64,000 nt of DNA from Cyanidioschyzon merolae (taxonomy: Eukaryota). The notes under the pieces are model-generated. The model did not search any database, was not told the origin of the DNA, and saw only the letters and a program-made list of their open reading frames with translations. The translations under genes and the position numbers were made by a program. Positions 1 to 9,925 of this stretch are shown here, piece after piece. The DNA lies in NCBI GenBank assembly GCA_000091205.1, contig AP006493.2. The stretch is one strand, 5' to 3'. Position 1 is the first letter of the stretch; every line of letters begins with the position of its first letter.

Positions 1-1137
1 CTTGCTGGTACTCCGACGACACCCCGCTCAGGCACCGGAGTTAATGCGTTGTTCTAGATTTTGGATACTGGCGAAAGATTTCCAGTTGGGCCTGTTTACT
101 GCCACTAATGCACACATAGCTTGTAAAAGTGATATGTAAGCATGCAGGCAGGTATCCCGAGCCGGTCGTGTTGCAGTGGTTCCCGGATTTTCAGCACCAG
201 GTTTTCCACGTTTACCATGAACGTCTGCGAGTTGACTTGCAGCGTGATGCCCCCAGAGAGATGGGCATGCCAAGAGACTTTTTTCTTGACCCTACGGGAG
301 CTTTTCCCTGGGCTCGGCACAAGGGCCCGGCGTTATCGAGCATGAAATCGCGAAGGTACCTGCGGCGATTTCTGTCGAATGCGTCGATTGGGCGGGAGGC
401 TTCGCGCTGCGCCTCTTTCCAGCGCGCACGCAGGAGAACTAGCGCAGCTGCTGTCACCGCAGCCTGAGATGATGATGACAGCAATACCCGTAATCACGAC
501 GAAGCTGAGTCTGCTGGAGACAAAGCTGTTCCTCCGGTCGTTCGAGCGCTGGGTCCGTCCGCTTGATGCTGAAAGCGCAGGCATGCGAGCGATGAGGTAC
601 GGCTCAGTGCATCATAACCCTTGATAAGTCTATTGTTTTTAAGAATCAACTGGTGCAAGCAAAGCCTCATTGCAAGTAGCGAGAGGTAAAAGATACAGTT
701 ACTCGAACTGCCGCGACGGAACGAAGCACCATTGCGTGCGGTCTGTGCATTTTTCATGAAAACCAAGAACATCCTCTAGCGCAGTACTGACCCAAACTTG
801 TCCTGACCACCCCAACAAGTCAAATGATTGGCGGCATCGCTCAGGGCCAAACTGCGTGGCCTGCAGGTGCACCCGCGTATCCGACGTCCATCGCTAGACT
901 CGAGTCGATTAACGCCTAGGGCGCGTATCGTAGATGTGTCCAAGGCCCGCACAATGACTCGTGAACATGAACGCCACTAGGTCGACAAGGCGATATGCTC
1001 CAACTGAGACGAGAAAACTGCTGCCAAGGATAAGCTACGACTGGTTTTCTCGACCCGACACTAGTGACAGTCACAAACTGCGAGCGCGGGCCATCCAACG
1101 GTGTCGCCCAGAGGCTCCACGTCCGCGAAAGCGACAC

Positions 1138-1190
1138 CTGACCTGTAAGCGCCATGCGATGCCATGCGATGCCATGCGATGCCATGCGAT
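1138..1190. repeat. 10-bp minisatellite (GCCATGCGAT)n, about 4.5 units
   Basis: Direct reading: gccatgcgat repeated head-to-tail. Confidence 0.85.
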
Positions 1191-2124
1191 GAAATTGCCA
1201 CGTCGCGCGCTGGGATATGACGATCGCCACGGAGCAGTGCCCCGGAGGCCAACTGAGAATTGAGACATTTCACCCTTCGATGGATGGGCGTCAGCCGCGC
1301 GCGCACCCGCCGTCGAGTCCAAATGGATCGCGCACCGGCAGCGTATCGATTCCGCATACGCTGGACGCGGTGATGCCCAGCAACTGGATTTCAAATCCAG
1401 GATCTTGCGACAAGGTGCTGTAGCCGCCGCCGCCTCCACTTTGTTTCAGGTTTGTGCTCGCCATTGCGGCGCGACAAGGTCTGTACGCACAGAGCAACGA
1501 CAGCGTCTCATCGGACACGCGCAACTGCTTTCGGGTGCTTGACACAGACAGAGACAGACTTTGGTTTGATCGAGCTGGTGAACTGCTCGATACGGGAGAG
1601 CCTGCCGGCACAAGACGCTTTCTTCTCGTCACGTGCTCGATAGGATAGCGCTCCTTCAAACAGGTTGAAGCGGTATAGACGCAGCAACAAGCGCGCCAAA
1701 GATCGAAAAGATCCGTTCCAGAAGAAAAGCCCTTGTGCACAAAACACTTACTGCACGTTCCTGAACGCGCCACAAAATTCACCGAACAACTCGCGTGTGA
1801 AATGAAAAAGGGCCCCAGTGCAATCTACACGGAAACTCGCAGGAGGTTGGTTGAGGAGCTTGAACAGGAGGTTTTCAGTACCGTCGATAACGCCAAACGC
1901 CTCCGACGAAGTCTCGAGGTCCTCGTCGAAATGCATGTTTCCTTGGTACAAGTCGCGCGTAGCTGTGCGTTGCTTGCTCGGCCGCAGTCGCCGCTGCCAC
2001 ATTCATCATCATCGTCGTCGTCGTCGTCATCGTCGTGCAAGACGCCTTCCCCAGCTCGTGTCGCAGCGTCGGAAGCGAGCAGCCTATCAGCAACCCGCAG
2101 CATTTAAGCCGTGTACAACCTTCC

Positions 2125-2754
2125 TCAAAGCTCCCGCTCTGCGTCTTGTCGCATCATGTCTAGCGAAATTTCCAGGTTCCGAAGGAGATCCTCTCTTCGC
2201 ATACCAAACTGCGCAAGCCATGCATCCAACTGCTTCAGGTAAAGCTGTGCCTGAAAGTCAGTACTGAGTTCAAAACGTTTCAGAAATACTTTCCAGCGAT
2301 CGAAGACGGACTCCATCTGCGCGATATACGCCAGCTTCCCTTCCCGGTCAAAAAGCTTATATTTCTGTCCAAGCCGCAGTAGCTCTGCGTGGTCACGCAT
2401 GAGCCGGTTGCCTTCTTCGAGCACCACGGGTGAGCCGAAAATCCCGTCTCCACCGGGGCCCGCGCTGCGCCCACTCGCGAACGCATCGCCGCCTCTACCC
2501 AAAAAACCTCCGTCCGAGTCGTTACCGGAACCGTCATCGTCACGCTTACCACGCGAGCGCGGCGACCGGTACTGCCCACGAACGTGTGATAAAGCGGCCG
2601 GCAGGCGGTGCGAATTCTTACTTCGATGCCAGCAGTGGCGGCGGTGCCTGCGCAGCCAAGTCGTTGCTCCAGTACTCTCAGGTGCCACAGCAGCCCGAAC
2701 TGACGAGTTGGAAACAGGAAAAATCGACCAAGCCAGAGTCTCAGCCATAAGCAC
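2125..2754 (-). CDS. hypothetical protein (no recognised domain; Gly/Asp/Ser-rich N-terminal part, helical C-terminal part)
   Basis: 209-aa ORF on the minus strand. The C-terminal 90 aa are not low-complexity (…LRLGQKYKLFDREGKLAYIAQMESVFDRWKVFLKRF…). An in-phase ORF continues at 1748..2002 after a gap of about 120 nt, which may be an intron or a frame break. No family recognised. Confidence 0.25.
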   Translation of the reverse strand: MLMAETLAWSIFPVSNSSVRAAVAPESTGATTWLRRHRRHCWHRSKNSHRLPAALSHVRGQYRSPRSRGKRDDDGSGNDSDGGFLGRGGDAFASGRSAGPGGDGIFGSPVVLEEGNRLMRDHAELLRLGQKYKLFDREGKLAYIAQMESVFDRWKVFLKRFELSTDFQAQLYLKQLDAWLAQFGMRREDLLRNLEISLDMMRQDAEREL

Positions 2755-2929
2755 TAGCCTGATACAATGCCTGACAAAAGCACACGGTGGCTACACTCCA
2801 AGTCGACAACGGTGAACGGACGGAGAACTCCGTCTCCAGCGTTCAGATGCATGATCCATGCACGATCCGACGACGGCGCTGACGGGATTGTGCGCTCGGC
2901 GTATCGCGCTGTACGGCGGCTGCGGAAGC

Positions 2930-5900
2930 GTCGCGCGCCTGACGCCGCCGCCAGCGCGATACGCCGATTGTTTTTCATTACGAGATGTTTACTTAGGCCA
3001 GCGTTCTCCGATTGAGCGCATTGTTCTTTTCTTACTTTTTTGTGTTATTTTTTCAGTGCGCGATAAGGCATCTATAAAACCCCCTCCCTCCAAGTTACAT
3101 ACCCTTTACTGATTCCAGGATATTCTGGTCGTTTCATACGTCCTATCGAGTGTGCCTAGTACCTGCAGTTCCGTATTCGCCTTTGCACCGTACATGCTAG
3201 AGCAGATAGTTCATCGAGCTAGAACGGCGTTGCAGTGCCACACAGAGGACGTCGGCTCGAGGTGTGCTTCACCCGGCGTAGAATCGGGTCTCATTGTCTG
3301 TCTGTGCTCGGACAGTCTGCGGATGCAGGCTTGCCTTCGCTGCCCGACACGCTGGAGAAACTTGGTTGTTAGGATAAATCCTGGGAGCCGCCTCTCTCCT
3401 TCGTGATCTTGCATGGAATGCGTTGTTGTCGGTCGGCAATGCGGGTTTGTGCTTGACACCCACCATAGTGGGTAGGCGCAGAGAGCGCACTGAGCCCGTG
3501 TGCGCATCCGATTCGTTGGACCTTACGCCTAGAAGGTAGCATGTGAGTTTGTTCGCCACTAATGAGCGCTGAGGCTCGGTTAGCGGACCACCAGTTGCCA
3601 GTGCTACACTCAGAGTGAGTGTCCGGCCTTGGACTATCACGGTGATGCCAAGCTGCTGCTGTCCTTCAAGGAGCTCGCTGCGCGGCTGTTTCCAGCGCGG
3701 GCACTGTAAGCCTAAATATGTCAGCGTCTCGGGGGTCTCGTCTCCACAGCAGGGACAGTGTGATTCCCAGTGCGATTCCAGTGTTCCTATACGGCTTAGA
3801 GCCGGTGATGGTCGCCAGAAGCCACCAACGCGGATTTTCGCGAGCCACTGGGTACCTCGAGCAAGTCCCGGGAACTCCAGCGCCTCCCACCAGTACTTGC
3901 GTGTGTATGCTAGGTTGTAGTTCCGATATAGAGTCAAGCTGGCGTTACGGGCCCGACTGGTTCCGTGTCTACGTTCCCATATTGTTGTTTGGACGGTTCG
4001 CTTGAGGCGGCGGGAGCCTTGTACATTCCTGGGGAACGACTGGAGCGTGTTGTCTCCTAAGAGGCGCTTCAGCCAAATCTGCGTCGATTTCATCCAAGTG
4101 TTCTTGCGGCGCGTTGGGGTCTGCATGAAACTCCGACTCAAAGAGGTGCGCATGGTGGGCCCTTTTGGCCCACACACGTGCCTGGCAGCCTGCTGCTATC
4201 GCCTCTATCGAGGGTATTTCGAGTTCAAGTCCGAGTGCCAGGCAGGTTGGTCGCTCTGCTTTGCATTGAGCATCCAACAACAACGAGTCGCATTGCCCTG
4301 TTGGCGGCTGTCTGCAGACGTGAGGCGTTTGTGTGCTTCATGCCGCACCATTCAGCACCACAGGTCGCAGGCTGGATGATACACATCCTTGGTGCGCTGG
4401 TACGGATTGCTAAGCGGATAGAGGGGTCGGATAGGACTGGGCGTGCGATCGCTGTACGTCTGTGCATCTTGGCGATCATCTCGTCGATGTGTGCCTTTTC
4501 GTCGAGCGTCGGCGTGCGACAGACCCTCCAGGTAGCGATATTTTTCCACGATCGGAACTTCCTGATTCTGCAACCGCGACGAGCGATTGCGAATGCTCTG
4601 CGAGTCTCCATGGATGACCGCGACGCCGCACTTCGATGCTGCAATGCTCATCTCCCAGCAATCGGCCCAGGCGCTGACTTGTTCCATGCTAGCCGCAAGC
4701 GTTTCCGGGGCGGGTGCCAACAGCACGACATCGTCCGCAACTAGACGGCCTGCGAGGCGGTTTCTATGTGAGGGCTCCTCATCGGGCATCTCCACAGTTT
4801 ATCCGCGGCACCTCAAGCCCGTATTGTCTGCAGTTGTTCAGCAGATCGTTGATGAAGATGTTGAAAAGGAGCGAGGATGCGCGGTCGCCCTGTCGCAGTC
4901 CACGGCGCATTCTTATCGAAGGGGTTCTTGAGCCGTCGCCCAGTCGGATGCGCATCCATGAGTCTGCATAGAGCGCACGGAAGAACGCCAAGCACTTTTC
5001 GGAGACTCCGCCGCGTTCCATCTTGAGAAATGGAGCCTCGTGCGGGACCGTATCAAAGGCCTTTTGAAAGTCGATGAAGCATACGTAAGTTGGTTGTTGG
5101 CCGCTAATGGAGCGACGTTGCACCACTTCAGTTAGGGTCAGGGCATGGCTCATGCACTCCTCGCGGCTCCGGAATCCATCCTGTTCTGGGGCGAAGAACT
5201 TGCGTTCCTCGAGGCCCCTCTGGATCCAGTTCGTGAGGCTGGCGCAAAGTAGCTTCATGATTGACGGGATGAGGCGCATAGTCCGGTAGTTGCTCACGTC
5301 TGTGTCTGTGGGTTTGGGAGTCCTTTTTTAGGATCGGTACGACCTCGACAGTCCTCGGTACATCCGGGATGTACGCCTCTTCGAACATGCGTTGGATGAG
5401 CTCCAGAAGGCGTTTGCTTAAGATTGTGTCAGGTTCATCTGGTATCGATATTGTCCCTGTTGTCCCGTCTTTTGGGGTCGCCAGTCTCATCCACTCCGCA
5501 GGGATACCGTCGATGCCAGGTGTTTTGCGGTTGCTTGAGCATAGCAGGGTCCGAACAGATTCAGGCCAGAAGATTGGGTCGTTCCATTCCGGTACCGGTT
5601 CGAGGCGCCGTAGTTCCGCAGCATATTGGTGCCGATAGATTCGGTTTTGGCAGTGCCCAGTTGCGTCTTCATGCAGCTCTGGCCCGTGGTCCGTCCAGGC
5701 CTCATTCACTGAGGCACGCTCCGTCCTCAGCGCTTCCTCATAAACGATTGGTGTGAGTCCCAGGCACTTTTTTGGTGGGTCAAGTCTCGATCGAATATAG
5801 CGCCATGTCTCATCTTCGTTGGTGCTCTCTAGCATAGATTTCGCCAGGGAGGCGATTCTGCGGTTTCGATCCTCTCGTTTGTCTTCTCTGGAAAGTTTCT

Positions 5901-6650
5901 TCTTTCTTTTGATAGCTTCTTCATGTTGCGCCTGTGGCGCCGGTAGCGCTGCCTTCGCTTCCATGTCTCCGGCGTTTGCGCGTATGGCGGTGCGGTTGAC
6001 GATCTTGTTAAGTCGGTGGCATTCATCAATTCGAGTTTTGGTACGTCGTTTCAGGTACTGAGGTTTGCAACTGTTGTGTTCTGGTGCAAGCAGTCCCAGC
6101 TCTCCGGCAATCTTCTGATTCCCATCTACAAAATTGCTTCCCAATGGGTTTAAAGATTTGTATGCACGGCTTTTCGGATCTACAGCGCTGTGAGTAGGTG
6201 ACTGGGTTTGGTGGCAGCTTTCTTGAGTTCCCGCTGGGGGTGCCCTTTCGGGGGATGACTTGTGATGGGCTCGTTTGGGAGTTCTTCTTTCTATTCTTCT
6301 GTTATTTTTTCTTCTTCTTCTTCGGGCTCTTTCCTGAGCTACTTTCTCTGGTTACTCTTCTGGCATGTGGATCATGATGCCATTGTGTCTTTTCTTCTGT
6401 ATCCCGTTGGGCCTTTTTCGCTAATATAGATTCCTCGACTTGTATCAGTTTTTCATTACTGTACTGGTAATTCGATATCTCGTCGTCTAGTATCGAGGCT
6501 ATCCCACAAATATTCCATGATGCGAAACCTATCGAGTCGTAGCGCGTAAGGGAATAAGAATAGCGCTGCGGTACTCCAGAGATACGTTGTCGATTTAGAT
6601 GCACCCTCCACGGGGTGTGTGAACGCACATGCCACCAGCGCCTCCTGCAT
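2930..6650 (-). mobile_element. degenerate non-LTR (LINE-like) retrotransposon, full extent approximate
   Basis: Minus-strand ORF pieces carry reverse-transcriptase motifs (FIDFQKAFDTVPH, RGLRQGDxxSxLLFNIFINDL and a VADD variant of the F/YADD motif). The C-terminal piece has a Cys-rich knuckle (CPCCGDETPETLTYLGLQCPRW). A possible endonuclease start (SWNICGIAS) lies near 6.5 kb. The roughly 100-nt 3' tail (2935-3045) is repeated at 63.48-63.60 kb. Confidence 0.65.
3269..6144 (-). pseudogene. LINE ORF2 (endonuclease/reverse transcriptase) remnants broken into at least four frames (3269..4177, 4352..4795, 4779..5297, 5128..6144)
   Basis: The reverse-transcriptase motifs are split across overlapping ORFs in different frames, so frameshifts are present. 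Confidence 0.65.
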
Positions 6651-7499
6651 TCCAGTCGTTCACTGAGTGTCTGCTGCAGCGCTAGCGTAGAATCAGATGT
6701 ACATTAGTCAAGGTCGATTCAAATGCGACCTTTATCTTGCCGGACGTGTGAAGCTACCCGCAACCACAGGGGATACTCTATGAACCACCCTTTCAGCGGC
6801 TTCGTATCCGCTCCCCAAATACACAGGCGGGCAAGTCGCTTACTCCACTTTCGACAGCGAACATGCTGCCAGCCGTCTTCAAAAGTAGCCGCCGAAATTG
6901 TTTCCAAAGTTGAGGTAGCTACCCAAGGTAGGAGGTAAAACTGAGCCCGAGTTCGAGGATGGATCCAGGATTTGCGCCCGAACCTGCAGCGTTGTTTCGG
7001 GAGTGGCGGATGACTACCCAGAACTCTCGTCATCATTCTCTGCTGCTATTGCCGCCGCCATCCGTTCGATGCGGTCAAGGTCCCTGGAGAGGGCTTCCTT
7101 CCTCGTCGCCCGAGCACCCCGCGTTAACCCACTTTCAGAGTTTCTCCGCAAAAACCGGACTTCTTAGGCGCGCATACTGTATGGGGCTTTTAAGATAGTT
7201 GTTCTTTAATAAATAATTTGTTACTAGTTTGCATCACGCTCGGTGAGCGCACCTCGGAGATCCGGCAGGCATGAGACGCTACGCGTATGTCGCCGTTGAA
7301 GGGGAACGCGATCCTGATCTCTAGTATGTAGATCTAATGTAAAAGTTGTATTTTCGTTAACTTCATAGCCAAGTACAGTTTTTCAGTTCGTTTTTGTTTC
7401 AAACTTCATACAAGTCTAGTCAAGTGTTTTTTTGCAGTATATAACAGAAGCGTTCACAGAGCGTTGTTTTCCAAAAAAACTAAAAAAGGAAAGTTATGA

Positions 7500-9570
7500 A
7501 AACGCAAGTCGACGATCCTGGAGGCCCAGGGTCGCCGGCTGCCAGAAAAAAACAAAAAACAGTACCGAGTCCAGAAGAAAAGAAAGAGAAGAAGAACCGA
7601 AACGGGGACCCAACGTCGAAGGCGACAAGAAAGACGACTTTACGACGAGATGGTGGTGAAAACCTTTCTTCTTGGACATATCAAGGATCCGTACAGGGAA
7701 AAGTTGCGAGACGTTATCGAAATACGTGTCGACTCGTACTCCAAGAGTATTGTCAAGGCGTCGTCAGGACTGATGCATTTGGCGAGGGAGATGTATCGCG
7801 ACGTGACGGACATGGAAACGGTCGAGATTCCAGGCGAGTTCTTCGACAAGGCCTTTATTCGTCACGTGATGCATGGCACAGAGGAAGCGCGGAAGGAAAA
7901 ATGAGCTAGTGCATGCCCACCACGAAAACTTCGCGGAATTCTGCTTCGAGAGTAATCGATACAGCGGTGACGGAAATATTTACACATACGGGGTAATGAA
8001 GTACATTACGAACCTGAAGAACCATTTGACAGAGAACCTCGAACGTTTTATGATACGCGCCGTAGTTGCACTCTACCCGGGCCTCTCTCGCAACGGAAAA
8101 TGGGCGATTATCAATGGCATCAAGAACGATCGATAGTATGAAGATGAGGTCGAATTCGTCGACAAGAAGGCGTCACGCAGGAGCACGAATGAGGATTCCG
8201 TCATCCGCGCGGTTATACAAGAGCACCGTGCGGTACTGGGGTTGGCAAATCCAACAGACAAGATATCAGAGTTGAAAAAAGATAAGGAAAAATACTATCG
8301 CCTCGTCCTGCGCTATTTCGTGTTTCTGGATCGAGAGCTCGAACGCAAGGCGGAAATGAAGCTGAATGTAGAGACAAATGAAGAGTGGGAGAGACGGAAG
8401 GCTTTCCTAATGAGTAAGTGCCTCAGCGTCGTTCCGTTATGCAATATCCAGTCACATTTCGTGATTATCGACTCCACAGTCCTTCATGGCATAATGAGGG
8501 ACATCAGTCCGGTGTTCAATGTTAGCAGGGAGGACTTCACCGGCGAAAATCGGGAGACGTACTAGATGAGTATCTTCGATTTCAAACGTATCAAAGTCAG
8601 CAGGCAAAAGTTGTTCACTAGGATGATCGAAACCGATGGAGTAGCCATGTGTGTACACGATCGGCGGTTGAAGAAAGATCGTCCAGTTCCGCCCTCGGCT
8701 GCGCCCATCACGAAGGATGAAGAAAAGGAACAGGCGGATCCTGTGACGCAGGAGGTGCAGGACAACGACTTTGTTGTTTGCGCGGACCCTGGGAATACGA
8801 ATATCATAACCATTGCAGCACCGAAGCGTGCAGAAGATGGTACTGACGGCAACTTGCGTCAGAAAGACATGCGTCTTTTGAGGTTCTCGAGAGCGAGATA
8901 CTATCGAGAATCCGGTATAATGAATGCGAGGAAGAGAATTGCTGCATGGAATTCAGGAATGAAGGATCACCTGGAAGCTTTGAGCGAGGTGACGAGCCGA
9001 GGAGCGGACTTTGAAGCTTTTCGGAAATTCATGGAAGTTCGCATTGCGCATTGGGATGCGCTATGGGAGGAGTATACCAAGCCCCGGTGGGCTCGTTTGC
9101 GAATGAATCTATACGGTGGGAAGCAGCGGGCGTTCGCGAATTTTTTCAATGAGTTGAGTGCCCTCAAGGAGGATGAAAGTCAGAGGCCCGTAGTAGCATA
9201 CGGAGCAGGGCGCTGGAAGACCCAAAAAGGGACTACTCCAGCTCCAAAGACGAGGGTGTACAAGGAGTGTGCACGGCGTTTTGTTACATTACCTGTAGAT
9301 GAGTTCCGAACGTCCCATACACACCACGAGCTGGATTGTACACTTCAGAGGGTCGAAATGGAAAAGTGCCAGAGGAGCACTGAGGAAATACCAAAGTACG
9401 GTGCGCTGACGGAGGAGCAAATGTAAAGGAGGGCGAAAGTTCGTGGACTACTCGCACTGGTGAGTACAACTCCCAACGGCACGAAACGTATGGAGTTTGT
9501 GCATCGTGACTTACATGCCGCTATCAATATCAGGAAATGTGCGGTGCTGGAGAAAAGACCTCCAGAGTAG
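7500..9570 (+). pseudogene. TnpB/Fanzor-like RuvC nuclease reading frame (about 690 codons). It is interrupted by one apparent +1 shift near 7900 and by three in-frame stops (TAG at 8134, TAG at 8563, TAA at 9424), so it is either pseudogenised or intron-containing
   Basis: RuvC-I is present as [16 protein letters not shown] (a GxDxG-type motif). A candidate rearranged RuvC-II glutamate sits in LPVDEFRTSHTHHELDC. RuvC-III is present as RMEFVHRDLHAAINIRKCAVL. The N-terminus is very basic and NLS-like (KKRKRRR…). The ORF pieces 7650..7904, 7873..8136, 8242..8565, 8566..9426 and 9427..9570 lie in one frame apart from the 7900 shift. Confidence 0.6.
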
Positions 9571-9676
9571 ACACGAGAGAGTTTTGTGGGACACCCTCTC
9601 AAAGTGGAACTATATGAGAAGAAGTTGAAACCAGTAGTAGGTGGCCGGTCCAAAACGACGGGGAGGCCTCTGCACG
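9480..9676 (+). ncRNA. candidate omega-RNA scaffold of Fanzor copy 1. It overlaps the RuvC-III coding end and extends to the transposon right end; the putative guide would be 9677 onward (tcaattggagacttcttg…)
   Basis: At nucleotide level this block is conserved with the rc of 18185-18385 and with 55700-55896, and similarity ends at the same position in all three. Conserved segments include CTGAAACTGA, GGCGGCCAGTCAAAA and GGGAGGCCTCTGCNCG. Confidence 0.35.
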
Positions 9677-9925
9677 TCAATTGGAGACTTCTTGTCCAGG
9701 GCGCGGTTGCTGCCACTACTGGACACCGCTGGCGTCGTTCGACTTTCGATCGGTGCGCAATCGCGGCAGCGTCTCGACAGTCGCGATGCATCGCGTGCTT
9801 TCGATTCGAGGATGCCCGGTACCTGACCGGAGAGCACCATAGCAAAACGTTTCGACTGTTTATTCACCTTCCAGGCGTCTGGGTTTGTTCGTGTTTGCGA
9901 TAAATCTAGTGCGAAAAAAATAAAC

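Larger units (their letters stand above)
7190..9676 (+). mobile_element. TnpB/Fanzor-family transposon, copy 1 (long copy); the left end is uncertain, the right end is placed at the conserved GGGAGGCCTCTGCACG boundary
   Basis: It contains the RuvC-I/II/III ORF described below and an AT-rich 5' region (7190-7450). Its 3' block is shared with copies at 18.2 kb and 55.8 kb, and similarity stops abruptly at 9676. Confidence 0.55.

Noticed and set aside
1370-1400. tRNA-like hairpin ctggatttcaaatccag
   Set aside because: The stem-loop cannot be completed into a cloverleaf: there is no D-arm, no matching acceptor strand about 70 nt away, and the loop does not fit T-loop or anticodon-loop consensus.
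6302-6628. Intact apurinic-endonuclease domain at the LINE 5' end
   Set aside because: Only a short SWNICGIAS-like stretch is recognisable. The remainder of an AP-endonuclease domain is not present in any frame, so I record it only as a possible remnant.
8134-9426. Stop-codon reassignment explaining the in-frame TAG/TAG/TAA in the Fanzor frame
   Set aside because: Neighbouring host genes end with TAG (sphingomyelinase-like), TAA (OST48, Fanzor C-terminus) and TGA (acetyl-CoA synthetase, prefoldin) exactly where homologues end, so the standard code is in use.
7190-9676. Bacterial IS605/IS607 TnpB (prokaryotic contamination)
   Set aside because: The flanking sequence is continuous with clearly eukaryotic genes (OST48, ALG3, prefoldin, plastid translocator with transit peptide). 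No TnpA/Y1 or serine recombinase ORF was found. The GA-rich, NLS-like N-terminus is typical of eukaryotic Fanzor.
9345-9845. 166-aa minus-strand ORF overlapping the Fanzor 3' region (and similar antisense ORFs at 18166..18381 and 55563..55889)
   Set aside because: These are antisense translations of the conserved Fanzor 3' block. Their similarity to one another reflects nucleotide conservation, and sense-strand conservation is stronger.
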